A DNA stretch of 64,000 nucleotides from an uncultured Gammaproteobacteria bacterium (GTDB lineage Bacteria; Patescibacteriota; Patescibacteriia; Magasanikbacterales; GWA2-37-8). Numbering within the stretch: the stretch's first letter is position 1; the number at the start of each line of letters is the position of its first letter. Below are positions 19,320 through 27,787 of the stretch, piece after piece. Position numbers and translations under genes: made by a program. Location: NCBI GenBank assembly GCA_964596525.1, contig CAZQUL010000001.1, positions 332,830 to 396,829 of the forward strand, in the 5' to 3' direction. Under the pieces are notes generated by a model that saw only the letters and a list, made by a program, of their open reading frames with translations, had not been told where the DNA came from and did no database searches.

Positions 19320-19649
19320 ATGATCAAGAACAAGAGCCTCGTCGCCACCCTCTTCGCCGCTGGCCTCTCGATCGCCCTCCAGTTCTCGCTCAAGACCAGC
19401 AACACGAATGGCGCGCCGAGCCTCACCTTCCAGACCGCCTCTGCCGAGAGCGAGCCCATGCCGGGCCCTGGCAACAAGCCCAAGGGTGCCGTGTGCAGCT
19501 CCTCCACGGAGTGCGCTGGAGTGTTGGTCTGCAAGGGCGGCGCTTGCGACGACCCGGAGGAGCCTTCGTACTGCAAGTACTCGGATGAGAGCTGCTTCCA
19601 CGACAACGAGTGCTGCAGCAGCGACTGCACGTCTGGTGTCTGCAAGTAG
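19320..19649 (+). CDS. Secreted Cys-rich peptide with C-terminal knottin-like motif
   Basis: Signal peptide; C-x5-C-x5-C-x4-C then C-x6-C-x5-CC-x3-C-x4-C; SD AAGGAG. Confidence 0.85.
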   Translation: MIKNKSLVATLFAAGLSIALQFSLKTSNTNGAPSLTFQTASAESEPMPGPGNKPKGAVCSSSTECAGVLVCKGGACDDPEEPSYCKYSDESCFHDNECCSSDCTSGVCK

Positions 19650-19682
19650 CCTTCGTCCACCACGCCGGGTCTTCGGACCCGG

Positions 19683-19765
19683 CAGGAGTGAAGCTTCCAC
19701 GGCTCTCACTCTACTTCAGAACTCAAGAAATTGAGAATTGAAGTAGAGAGCCGTGGAACGCTCAC
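19683..19765 (+). repeat. Structured 3'-UTR hairpin element, copy 1
   Basis: Long stem TTCCACGGCTCTC-ACTCTACTTCA / TGAAGTAGAGAGCCGTGGAA; related to 20501-20578. Confidence 0.75.
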
Positions 19766-19871
19766 AAGAAATCAGACGATGGAAAGAGATCTTTACGAAG
19801 ATCTCTCCACACTGACTGAGTTCTAGACATGCCTGGCACAAGCCGGGTTAACCAGAATCGAGGGAAAGCAC

Positions 19872-20141
19872 ATGATCATTAACAAGCTGCGCCTGCCGAC
19901 TTTCATCATCGCCATCGTCCTCTCGTTTTCTTCGGTAGCCTTCGCTGACGCGAGCGGCTCCGAGCAAGCGGAGGAAATGGGGAAGAAGGAAGTTGATGCG
20001 GCGCGCGATCAGGTGATCAAGGATCTGCAGGAGGGCGCCAAGAGCGGCGACTTCTCCAAGTACGCGAAGAGCTATAAGAAGCTCAAGGAAGAGCGCAAGA
20101 AGGCCGAAGAGGAAGAGAAGGAAAAAGAAGAGAAGAAGTAG
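19872..20141 (+). CDS. Small secreted Lys/Glu-rich helical protein
   Basis: Sec signal ending AFA; charged C-terminus; SD GAGG. Confidence 0.8.
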   Translation: MIINKLRLPTFIIAIVLSFSSVAFADASGSEQAEEMGKKEVDAARDQVIKDLQEGAKSGDFSKYAKSYKKLKEERKKAEEEEKEKEEKK

Positions 20142-20193
20142 TCCTCACCGCGCTCATCTGCATCCATCAACCGCACGACTCGAAGGAGTTCCT

Positions 20194-20484
20194 ATGAACA
20201 AGAACCTGGGCTCTGGCAACGTCTACCCGACCACCCCGACCACCGCCGACAAGAAGGGCATCCTCGCGATGCTCCTCGCGATCCTCGTGGTCGCGGTCCT
20301 CGGCATCCCCGAGCGCAAGCCGGCGGCGGCCAAGCCGATCGCGAAGCCCGCGGTAACGCAGATCGCGACGAGCGTCGCACGTGGAACGCCCTGCAAGACG
20401 GATCGTGACTGCGATCCGGAGGACATCTGCTACTATTCGCCGAAGAGCGGGATGAGCTACTGCGAGGAAGCGGTCACCGACTAG
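20194..20484 (+). CDS. Membrane-anchored or secreted small protein with C-terminal 4-Cys motif
   Basis: Hydrophobic segment, Ala/Pro/Lys linker, CKTDRDC-x5-C-x10-C; SD AAGGAG. Confidence 0.8.
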   Translation: MNKNLGSGNVYPTTPTTADKKGILAMLLAILVVAVLGIPERKPAAAKPIAKPAVTQIATSVARGTPCKTDRDCDPEDICYYSPKSGMSYCEEAVTD

Positions 20485-20500
20485 GCACAACGCCTTGAAC

Positions 20501-20578
20501 CAGGAGAAGCCCCCCGGCTCTCCTCTGCTCAACTCTTTGAACCATCGAAGATTTGAGCAGAGAGCCAGAACTTCTCCT
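20501..20578 (+). repeat. Structured 3'-UTR hairpin element, copy 2
   Basis: AGGAGAAG..GGCTCTCCTCTGCTCAA / TTGAGCAGAGAGCC..CTTCTCCT. Confidence 0.75.
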
Positions 20579-20687
20579 CAAACACTCTACGGAAACGTAG
20601 GGTGTTTTGTTTATCCTGTCATAACCTTGACAACAGTGTGCTGGTATGACAGAGTTTTTTCACTCGTTTACAACCTAGGAGGATGTC

Positions 20688-21128
20688 GTGAAATGCCCCC
20701 AAGTGATTCTGTTGCTTTTGCTGTGTGCTGCTCCAGTAGCAGCTGAGGAAGCTGAAGTTGCCTGCCCTGTCCAGCAGGGCATGCAGCCGCAACATGGTGA
20801 TCTATGTCGCATTACATATAACGAAATAAGCAGGCTGAGACGAGAGATAGAAGCGCTCTCGCGCAATAAAATTCCTTCCTTGAAGGAGGCTTGCAGAGAG
20901 ACCGTACGCGTGAATGATCCGCTTATCGCGCAAGTACTTTTGGACGCGGAGCGTCTTTATCGCCTGAAACAGTACAAGTACGCTGTCGCTGCCGAAGGCC
21001 GAGCACACGCGCTGCAGGAAGAGATTGCAACTGTTTGCGCATTGCTCAGTGGCGCAGAACATGTGCTAGTGTATTATCGCCAACAAAAAGAGAATCTGGA
21101 GCGCATGCGCGAGAGTTGCAACTGCTAG
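20688..21128 (+). CDS. Secreted helical protein ending in CxC
   Basis: Signal peptide ...AAPVAA; SD AGGAGG before GTG; ends ESCNC. Confidence 0.8.
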   Translation: MKCPQVILLLLLCAAPVAAEEAEVACPVQQGMQPQHGDLCRITYNEISRLRREIEALSRNKIPSLKEACRETVRVNDPLIAQVLLDAERLYRLKQYKYAVAAEGRAHALQEEIATVCALLSGAEHVLVYYRQQKENLERMRESCNC

Positions 21129-21209
21129 AATGCCCGACGTATGTCGGGCTTTACGTTTCTTGACGGTCCTCATGTCTGAGTTTAAGGTGGTAAACACCTG
21201 AGGTAGAAC

Positions 21210-21673
21210 ATGGTGAAAAGAAAACTGACTCGCATTTTGATGGTAGTGATTGCTGTCTTTTTTTCGCAGCACCGTCAGCGGCGGAGCAACCAGGGCAGGC
21301 TTTTCCAAAGGAATGTGCTGACCCGCAAAGCGATATTCATATAGTGGCGTGTGAGCTCGTGGTAGATCGGGCGGCGCGTGCTCGCGAGTTGGACTATAGC
21401 GAAACTGTCGAGTTGCCACGGCTCGCTGCTTGGACCTGGCAGCAGATCGAAAATAATAACCAGGACATTCAGGTGGCGGAAGTGTGGCGCGATTATTTTC
21501 AGGCAGCGGGTGATAAGGAGCGCGCGAATGATTGTGCTCAGGCTGCTGATCACGCACGATACGAGAACAAATTCCTTCTGGCTGATCTCGACCGTGCGCG
21601 ACGTAATCTAGCCGATCGGAAAGCGTACCTGAAAGAAGATTATTTGATGGCCCGTGTCTGCCGTTGTCCCTAA
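21210..21673 (+). pseudogene. Probable paralog of the 20688 gene, frameshifted in a T7 tract (21258-21264)
   Basis: SD GAGGT plus ATG 21210 gives MVKRKLTRILMVVIAVFF; adding one T joins AAPSAAEQ... to the 21344-21673 ORF ending VCRCP. Confidence 0.75.
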
Positions 21674-21764
21674 ATCACAGGCTCCGTATGCGGAGCCTTT
21701 TACTATTGTCCGCTTTCGTGTGGCGTGTATACTACCCGTATAATTTATTTTTTAATCGTAGCAT

Positions 21765-22136
21765 ATGATCGACCATATTTCGCTCTACGTGGAAGATTAT
21801 GCCCGGGCCAAGGAATTTTTTACGCAAGCACTTGCTCCACTGCGGTACGCGCTTGTGATGGAATTCCCGAATGTTGGCGGTTTTGGCGTGGATGGCAAGC
21901 CGGATTTGTGGGTGATCGCCAAAGGCAAGGAAGCGAAGTTTACGACACACATTTGTTTCCGCGCTGAGAACCGCGAGCAGGTGGACGCGTTTTATGAGGC
22001 GGCTATCAAAGCTGGTGCGACGGATAATGGTAAGCCAGGACTCCGTCCGGAATATCATGAGAATTATTACGGCGCGTTTGTTATCGACAAAGATGGGAAT
22101 AATATCGAAGCCGCGTGTCATGATGCGGTTAAATAA
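21765..22136 (+). CDS. VOC/glyoxalase family protein
   Basis: MIDHISLYV...HICF.A...VDAFY..A..AG..DNG.PG.RPEYH..YYGAFV.D.DGNNIEA. Confidence 0.93.
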   Translation: MIDHISLYVEDYARAKEFFTQALAPLRYALVMEFPNVGGFGVDGKPDLWVIAKGKEAKFTTHICFRAENREQVDAFYEAAIKAGATDNGKPGLRPEYHENYYGAFVIDKDGNNIEAACHDAVK

Positions 22137-22333
22137 AGTTCATCAGTAAAACCAAAAAACTACCCTTAAACCGGTAGTTTTTTGGCGTTCAAGAGCGGAA
22201 ATATTTGTTCCTTCATAGGCTTGACAAAACGGAGAAAATAAAGTATACATATACGTCGATTCGATTCATGTAAGAGCTCGGATTGTATAGTTCCGAGTTG
22301 TTTCTGGACAGAAATCCTGAAGGAGGCGCGCTC

Positions 22334-22942
22334 ATGAAGACTGTATTGTACGCCCTGTTTCTCTCGACACTCGTTACTGCGACCGGCTGCGCGACCATGC
22401 CCAAGCCGATGGTTGCGCCGTCAACCGTTGGTACGTGCGGAGATCTGCCGCAGGAAGAGTACGATCTTTTCCGGTCCGTGCACCGTATGGCAGAGAATCT
22501 GGCGGCGCGTATCGAAGCGACCGGCTGGAAACCCAGGAGTCCGTCTTTCGATAATGACAACATCATGTTTACCCACATGGCTCAGCAGGGAGTTCTTTTG
22601 ATGTCGTACTGCGGCATCATGCAGCGCATCATCACGCCCTGGGGCGAGTGGGAATTGGGTGTCGCGCTTTCCTTGGATACCAGCACAGCGTCGCCCGCGG
22701 CTTGGGACCTGATTATGCCGACGAATGCGATCTACCAAGAGATCGGCAAACATCGTCCTTCGGACGTGGGCCACTGCGACAAGCTCATCAAGTATGAGAT
22801 CGCTTCGGTTGAGGGGCATGCCATCGCACCGTTCAAGCTCCGTACTACGCCCGTATCGATCCCGGAAGAGGTAGAGGGTGAGCGTCGGTGGAAAATGTTG
22901 CATGCTTGCTATCACCGCGACGAAGCTTCGCCCACCCGCTAG
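22334..22942 (+). CDS. Hypothetical lipoprotein
   Basis: TATGC lipobox; SD AAGGAGG; TTGACA-17-TATACA promoter; 5' hairpin 22276-22298. Confidence 0.8.
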   Translation: MKTVLYALFLSTLVTATGCATMPKPMVAPSTVGTCGDLPQEEYDLFRSVHRMAENLAARIEATGWKPRSPSFDNDNIMFTHMAQQGVLLMSYCGIMQRIITPWGEWELGVALSLDTSTASPAAWDLIMPTNAIYQEIGKHRPSDVGHCDKLIKYEIASVEGHAIAPFKLRTTPVSIPEEVEGERRWKMLHACYHRDEASPTR

Positions 22943-23068
22943 TCCGAATCGTCACTCGCTCTTTCATTTCGATCCCCTTTCTTCGTGTACTGCACGAATC
23001 TCTGCATGCGCCCTATTTAAAAACGCCCTACGTAAATCCGTACGGCGTCTTTGTTTTTATAAGATAAT

Positions 23069-23833
23069 TCAAGAAATTTTTCTGGCTACGATGGCCATGA
23101 AGAGAGGGATTTCGCTGCGCGCTCGGTCTTCGCTTTTGGCATGGGGGCCTTGGCTTTTTTTATCAGAACTCCATTCTTCGATACGCTCGATGGCGAGTCC
23201 GGCTGCGGCCAGAAACGTAGTGTAGGCCGAGAGAGGCTGGTGGAACGACCATGTACGTGCGGAATTTTTTTGGCCGGGGTGCGTAGTAATAGGTATAGAA
23301 AGGGGAGATGTATAGCTCGTTACCCAGCGGTACTGGCGTTTGTTGCCTGGCTCAACCCCCCAGCCGGAGTGGCGCGGAATGCGGAAGTACGGATGATTGA
23401 GCACGAGTACGGCACGGCCGTTTGCGGTAAGATGTTTCCCGATGAGCGCGATAGCCGGAGCCGGGTCTTCCATGTTTTGTAATGATAAAATCGCGGTCGC
23501 GTGCGTGAAGATTGGTTCGGGTAGTCGGACGGGTTTGGTGGCGTCGGCGACGAGGTAGATATGTTCGCGTTTCTGGTCGCGTTCGCGCGCTTCTTTAATA
23601 AGTTCGTTCGAGATATCGATACCGCAGTATTTTTGGTGTTTGGAAAGTTGGCGGCCCATGATGCCCTGGCCGCAGCCGACGTCGAGCAGACTGCTGTCGC
23701 GGCCAAGGTTAAGCAAGCGCAGGACGCCAGGAATAATGACGTGTTCGTGGTAGTAGTGGCCGCGCGCGCCGACCAGTTCGTTGTACCAGCGGCTCGAGTT
23801 TTCCCAGGAAGTGGTTTTCGGGTGGTTGTTCAT
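23069..23833 (-). CDS. Class I SAM-dependent methyltransferase
   Basis: LLDVGCGQG motif I; GIDIS; ADAT; HPYFRIPR.SGW. Confidence 0.9.
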   Translation of the reverse strand: MNNHPKTTSWENSSRWYNELVGARGHYYHEHVIIPGVLRLLNLGRDSSLLDVGCGQGIMGRQLSKHQKYCGIDISNELIKEARERDQKREHIYLVADATKPVRLPEPIFTHATAILSLQNMEDPAPAIALIGKHLTANGRAVLVLNHPYFRIPRHSGWGVEPGNKRQYRWVTSYTSPLSIPITTHPGQKNSARTWSFHQPLSAYTTFLAAAGLAIERIEEWSSDKKSQGPHAKSEDRARSEIPLFMAIVARKIS

Positions 23834-23875
23834 AGTGATAGTAGTGCAGATAATCTAGCATATGCGCTCTGCTCC

Positions 23876-23977
23876 GTCATCTGTCACTCTCAGTACGTGG
23901 CGCTTCTGCTTCTTGTTGACAAAGTGAGTTGTGATTATTGAGGGAATGCTTCGCTTCGTACCTCAGCTCGCAATGAC
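23876..23977. repeat. Palindromic intergenic repeat copy 4 (left arm degenerate)
   Basis: Right arm TGCTTCGCTTCGTACCTCAGCTCGCAATGAC nearly identical to copy 1. Confidence 0.75.
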
Positions 23978-24045
23978 TTGTATATTAAATTATTTTCCCC
24001 GATCAACGTAACATTTTTTGGCATCTTCTGCTACACTACTGAAGT

Positions 24046-25554
24046 ATGATACAAACTTCTTTTATAATGCGAATAGTACGTGCGTTCGGCGGAGCGTTGG
24101 TTATCGCTACCCTCGTGGGTGGTGCGATAAAAGCAGAAGCTGCACAAGAAATTCTTAAAATCAGCAATCCGGCCTACAAAGCCCAGTACGTAAGCCAGTC
24201 ACTGCCTGATCCGGTGCCGATGAAAACATTGGAGGAACGGGTTTTTAGCGTGCGTTTCAAAAATACCGGCACAGCAACGTGGCGGCCGAAAGGGGATGGG
24301 CGCGTCGTTATTTTTACGGTCAATCAGAAATATCGTACCAGCGCGTTTTACCACCCGTCGTGGATTTCTCCTGGGCAACCGGCGAGTGTGGTGAGTACCA
24401 CAGCACCCGGCGAAGTCGGTGTGGTGACGTTTAAGCTTAAGGCACCGGTAACGCCCGGCACGTACCGCGAATGGTTTAGTTTGGCGAGCGAAGAGTATAC
24501 CTGGGTGGGCAGCGGACGTTTTTATGTCGATATCGTCGTGACCGCTGCACCGAGTTCAACGAATGCTGCCGATGCCGTCGAGCCTATTGTAAATGATGAT
24601 GAAGAAATACGCCTCTCGGGCGACGCAACTTCTGCCTCAATACCGCTTGGTGCGGTTAGTACAAGTACCGTGGTAACGAGCCGTGCGCTCATTACGGAGC
24701 CTATTGTACGGGTCGGACTTCTTAAAACTACGAGTAGTGTAAACGTCGAGTTGCCGTTCGCTTTTAATGTGTATTCCGGTAGCGATTTTGCAACCGTGCT
24801 CGCACCTTCTACGCGGGGCACGCTCTCGTTTGAAAACGGAAAGCATTTTCTTTCTGTAGATGGTATGGTGGTAGCTGAGTCGCCGGTGTACCTGCGTCTT
24901 GTGCCGGTCTCGCCGACGGATTACTTTGTGCTGCCGGCTAATAAACGGAAAATATCGGGGCGACCGTTTGATTTTAATGCGTACCGTGGCGTTTTGGAAT
25001 ACCGTTTTTCGAGTATGTCATCGACGACGGTCGTCATTAACGAGCTGCCGCTCGATTGGTATGTGTCGGGCATTACTGAAGCGTCGAATGGGGCGCCCTA
25101 TGAATATCTTAAGGCGCTTTTGGTCGCGGCGCGTTCGTACGCGTACTTCCATCTCAACAGCACGCCGCCGCGCGAAAAACTTTTCGACGTCTACGCTTCT
25201 ACGGTCGATCAGCTCTATTTGGGATACCACGCTGAACTCTCCATGCCAAACGTTGCCCGTGCCGCGCGTGAAACCTACGGTCAGATGGTGACGTATCAAG
25301 GCAATCCGGTGGTTACTCCGTACTCGGCCCGCACCAACGGCATGACCCGCACTTGGAAAGAGGCCTGGGGCGGAACTAATAAACCCTGGCTCGTGCCGGT
25401 CGAGGCTGTTTATGACAAAGGCCGAACCCGTTATGGCCATGGCGTTGGCATGAGCAACAACGACGCCGAAAAGCGCGCCCGCTACGATGCGTGGGATTAC
25501 GTGACTATTTTGAAGCACTATTACTCGGGAACAGAAGTGGAGAAGGTGTATTAG
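24046..25554 (+). CDS. SpoIID/LytB-type peptidoglycan lytic protein with N-terminal Ig-like domain
   Basis: Signal peptide; KNTGTATW Ig-like motif; YRG.LE, NELPLD.YV.GI.E, ARSYA, DQ.YLG, GHGVGMS, ILKHYYSG. Confidence 0.88.
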   Translation: MIQTSFIMRIVRAFGGALVIATLVGGAIKAEAAQEILKISNPAYKAQYVSQSLPDPVPMKTLEERVFSVRFKNTGTATWRPKGDGRVVIFTVNQKYRTSAFYHPSWISPGQPASVVSTTAPGEVGVVTFKLKAPVTPGTYREWFSLASEEYTWVGSGRFYVDIVVTAAPSSTNAADAVEPIVNDDEEIRLSGDATSASIPLGAVSTSTVVTSRALITEPIVRVGLLKTTSSVNVELPFAFNVYSGSDFATVLAPSTRGTLSFENGKHFLSVDGMVVAESPVYLRLVPVSPTDYFVLPANKRKISGRPFDFNAYRGVLEYRFSSMSSTTVVINELPLDWYVSGITEASNGAPYEYLKALLVAARSYAYFHLNSTPPREKLFDVYASTVDQLYLGYHAELSMPNVARAARETYGQMVTYQGNPVVTPYSARTNGMTRTWKEAWGGTNKPWLVPVEAVYDKGRTRYGHGVGMSNNDAEKRARYDAWDYVTILKHYYSGTEVEKVY

Positions 25555-25632
25555 GGAAAGAGGTGGGATTGACAGGCAAAATCCTCTTTGGTAGGCTGTG
25601 AATACTCGCAAAATAAGATGCGAGTGTCCCGA

Positions 25633-25706
25633 GGGCCAATAGCTCAGCTGGCTAGAGCGCTTCCATGGCATGGAAGAGGTCCGGGGTTCAAATCCCCGTT
25701 GGTCCA
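25633..25706 (+). tRNA. tRNA-Ala(GGC)
   Basis: Acceptor GGGCCAA/TTGGTCC with G3:U70; anticodon arm CTTCC-ATGGCAT-GGAAG. Confidence 0.95.
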
Positions 25707-25711
25707 CAAAA

Positions 25712-25740
25712 TCAAAAAACAGCCGCGCGGCTGTTTTTTG
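25712..25740 (+). terminator. Intrinsic terminator after tRNA-Ala
   Basis: AAAAAACAGCCG-CG-CGGCTGTTTTTT. Confidence 0.85.
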
Positions 25741-25886
25741 ATTTCCATAAGAAAATTCGGAAAGTGTGGTTTTATCTTGACCATTTCCGCGGTCTCTGTT
25801 ACATTTCGCTGTTCCGTGAGGTGCGCTGCAACTGGCTACGGATGTTCGTTGACCTGCTCCTTGAAGGGCAGAAGGAGAGAGAAAAA

Positions 25887-27620
25887 ATGAAGAAATTGAC
25901 CTGGAAGGACTATATTCTCTTTGTTGTCGCTGCGTGTATGGCCGGAGCGTTGTATTACCACGAGGCAGTGGTGAAGCACGATCCGTATGCCAACTTCGTC
26001 GAAGTGGCGCAGGATATCCGCGACCACAAGGTGAAAGAGATTGTTGTGCAGAGTGAAAAGCTGGAGGTGAAGTTCACAACTGGTGCGAAACGCCTGTACC
26101 CCAAGGAAGGTGCTGAGAGTTTTGAGCATCTGGCGGAGCGTTACAAGATTTCGCCGGAGATGCTCGCTGGCATCAAGATCGTGAACGAATCTTACAAAGG
26201 TTTTTTCGATCTGCTGACGTTCCTTATTACGCTCGCCATCCCAATTGGGGCATTCTTCTTCTTGAGAAGGACAGGGGTCAGAGGGATGAGGATTGAGCAG
26301 GTGATGAAATGCAACGTCACCTTTGCCGATGTGGCCGGACTTGCGCCGGCTAAGGCCGAGCTCACCGACATTGCGGCGTGCCTCGAGCGTAAGGACGATT
26401 GCGCCCGCTACGATATTCGGCTGCCGCGCGGTATCTTGTTTACCGGCGAGCCGGGTACGGGCAAGACCCTTCTGGCCCGAGCACTCGCCGGCGAGACGAA
26501 AGCGGCGTTTTTCACCGTCAGTGGGTCGCAGTTCGTGGATACATTCGTCGGTTCGGGTGCGCGCAATGTGCGCAACCTGTTTGATGCGGCGCGCGCTGCG
26601 GTGGTCAAGACCAAGCACCCGGCGATCATCTTCATCGATGAGATCGACGCTGTGGGTGTGAAAAGGACAGATCATCCGCTAGGAAATGACCAGCGCGACC
26701 AGACGCTCAACGAGCTCCTCGTCGCGATGGATGGTCTTGTCTCCGACAACGCCATCGTCGTCATCGCGGCCACCAACCGGCCCGACATGCTCGACGGGGC
26801 GCTCCTGCGTCCGGGCCGCTTCGATCGTAAGATCCATCTGGAACTACCGGACCGTGCGGCTCGCCGTGCCATCCTCGAGATCCACGTGCGCGAGAAGCCG
26901 CTCGCGTCGAGCGTCGCGCTCGATACCATCGCCGCTCGTACCGCCGGATTTTCGGGCGCCCAGCTCGAGAGTCTGGTGAACGAAGCGGCCATCCTCATGA
27001 TCCGTGCCGGAGAGATCCACATCACGGGCCGCATCATGGATGAAGCGATGGACAAGGTGCTCGTGGGTGTGGGCAACGCGCGGGTCGTAACGGGAGAAGA
27101 GCGGGAACGCGTCGCTTATCACGAAGCCGGACATGCGATCGCGGCGCATTTCTTGCCGCACTGCAAAGGCCTGCGCCGCGTTTCCATCGTGCCACGCGGC
27201 ATGACCGGCGGTTTCACCATGGTGACACCGGAGCATGAGAACTCGCTGCGTACCCGTGCCGAGCTTGAGGAGCAGCTCGTCATGATCATGGCTGGCTACG
27301 CTGCCGAGGTGAGTAAGTATGGCGAGAGCGGCCTTTCTACGGGCTGCACTAACGACCTCGAGCGTGCGGATTCCCTGGTGCGGTACATGGTGACGAGGTG
27401 GGGAATGGTGCCGGAGGTGGGCTTCTTCACCCCGGCGCAGGGCGTGTCCGAGGAGCGGCGAGAGCGGGTGGACGAAGCGGTGAAAGACCTGCTCACGCAG
27501 GCGCGAAATCGCGCCGCTGAACTGCTTGCTACACATAGCGCGCTTTGGATGCGTCTCGCCCATGAGCTTATGAACAAGGAGACGCTCAACGAGGCAGAAC
27601 TCACCGTGCTCCTTGGTTAG
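25887..27620 (+). CDS. ftsH: FtsH-like ATP-dependent zinc metalloprotease, paralog 1
   Basis: Two TMs, [42 protein letters not shown]; SD AAGGAG. Confidence 0.92.
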   Translation: MKKLTWKDYILFVVAACMAGALYYHEAVVKHDPYANFVEVAQDIRDHKVKEIVVQSEKLEVKFTTGAKRLYPKEGAESFEHLAERYKISPEMLAGIKIVNESYKGFFDLLTFLITLAIPIGAFFFLRRTGVRGMRIEQVMKCNVTFADVAGLAPAKAELTDIAACLERKDDCARYDIRLPRGILFTGEPGTGKTLLARALAGETKAAFFTVSGSQFVDTFVGSGARNVRNLFDAARAAVVKTKHPAIIFIDEIDAVGVKRTDHPLGNDQRDQTLNELLVAMDGLVSDNAIVVIAATNRPDMLDGALLRPGRFDRKIHLELPDRAARRAILEIHVREKPLASSVALDTIAARTAGFSGAQLESLVNEAAILMIRAGEIHITGRIMDEAMDKVLVGVGNARVVTGEERERVAYHEAGHAIAAHFLPHCKGLRRVSIVPRGMTGGFTMVTPEHENSLRTRAELEEQLVMIMAGYAAEVSKYGESGLSTGCTNDLERADSLVRYMVTRWGMVPEVGFFTPAQGVSEERRERVDEAVKDLLTQARNRAAELLATHSALWMRLAHELMNKETLNEAELTVLLG

Positions 27621-27632
27621 TACTGTGTGATT

Positions 27633-27673
27633 CAACCAACGCTTCGCTGTATATCAGCGGAGCGTTTTTAATT
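27633..27673 (+). terminator. Terminator duplicated after both ftsH paralogs (copy 1)
   Basis: CAACCAACGCTTCGCTG...CAGCGGAGCGTTTTTAATT. Confidence 0.8.
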
Positions 27674-27787
27674 GCGTTCGATCCGACCATTACGCGTTTC
27701 TTTAAAGCTTGACTTTTTTGCCTTCTTAAGGTTTAGTATCCTGTTCCCTCCGCGGTGGAGGGCGGTTCGTTAACAAAGGAGGCTGTC

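Noticed and set aside
25665-25886. ORF-track N-terminal extension of FtsH paralog 1
   Set aside because: It overlaps tRNA-Ala and its terminator; the SD-supported start is 25887.
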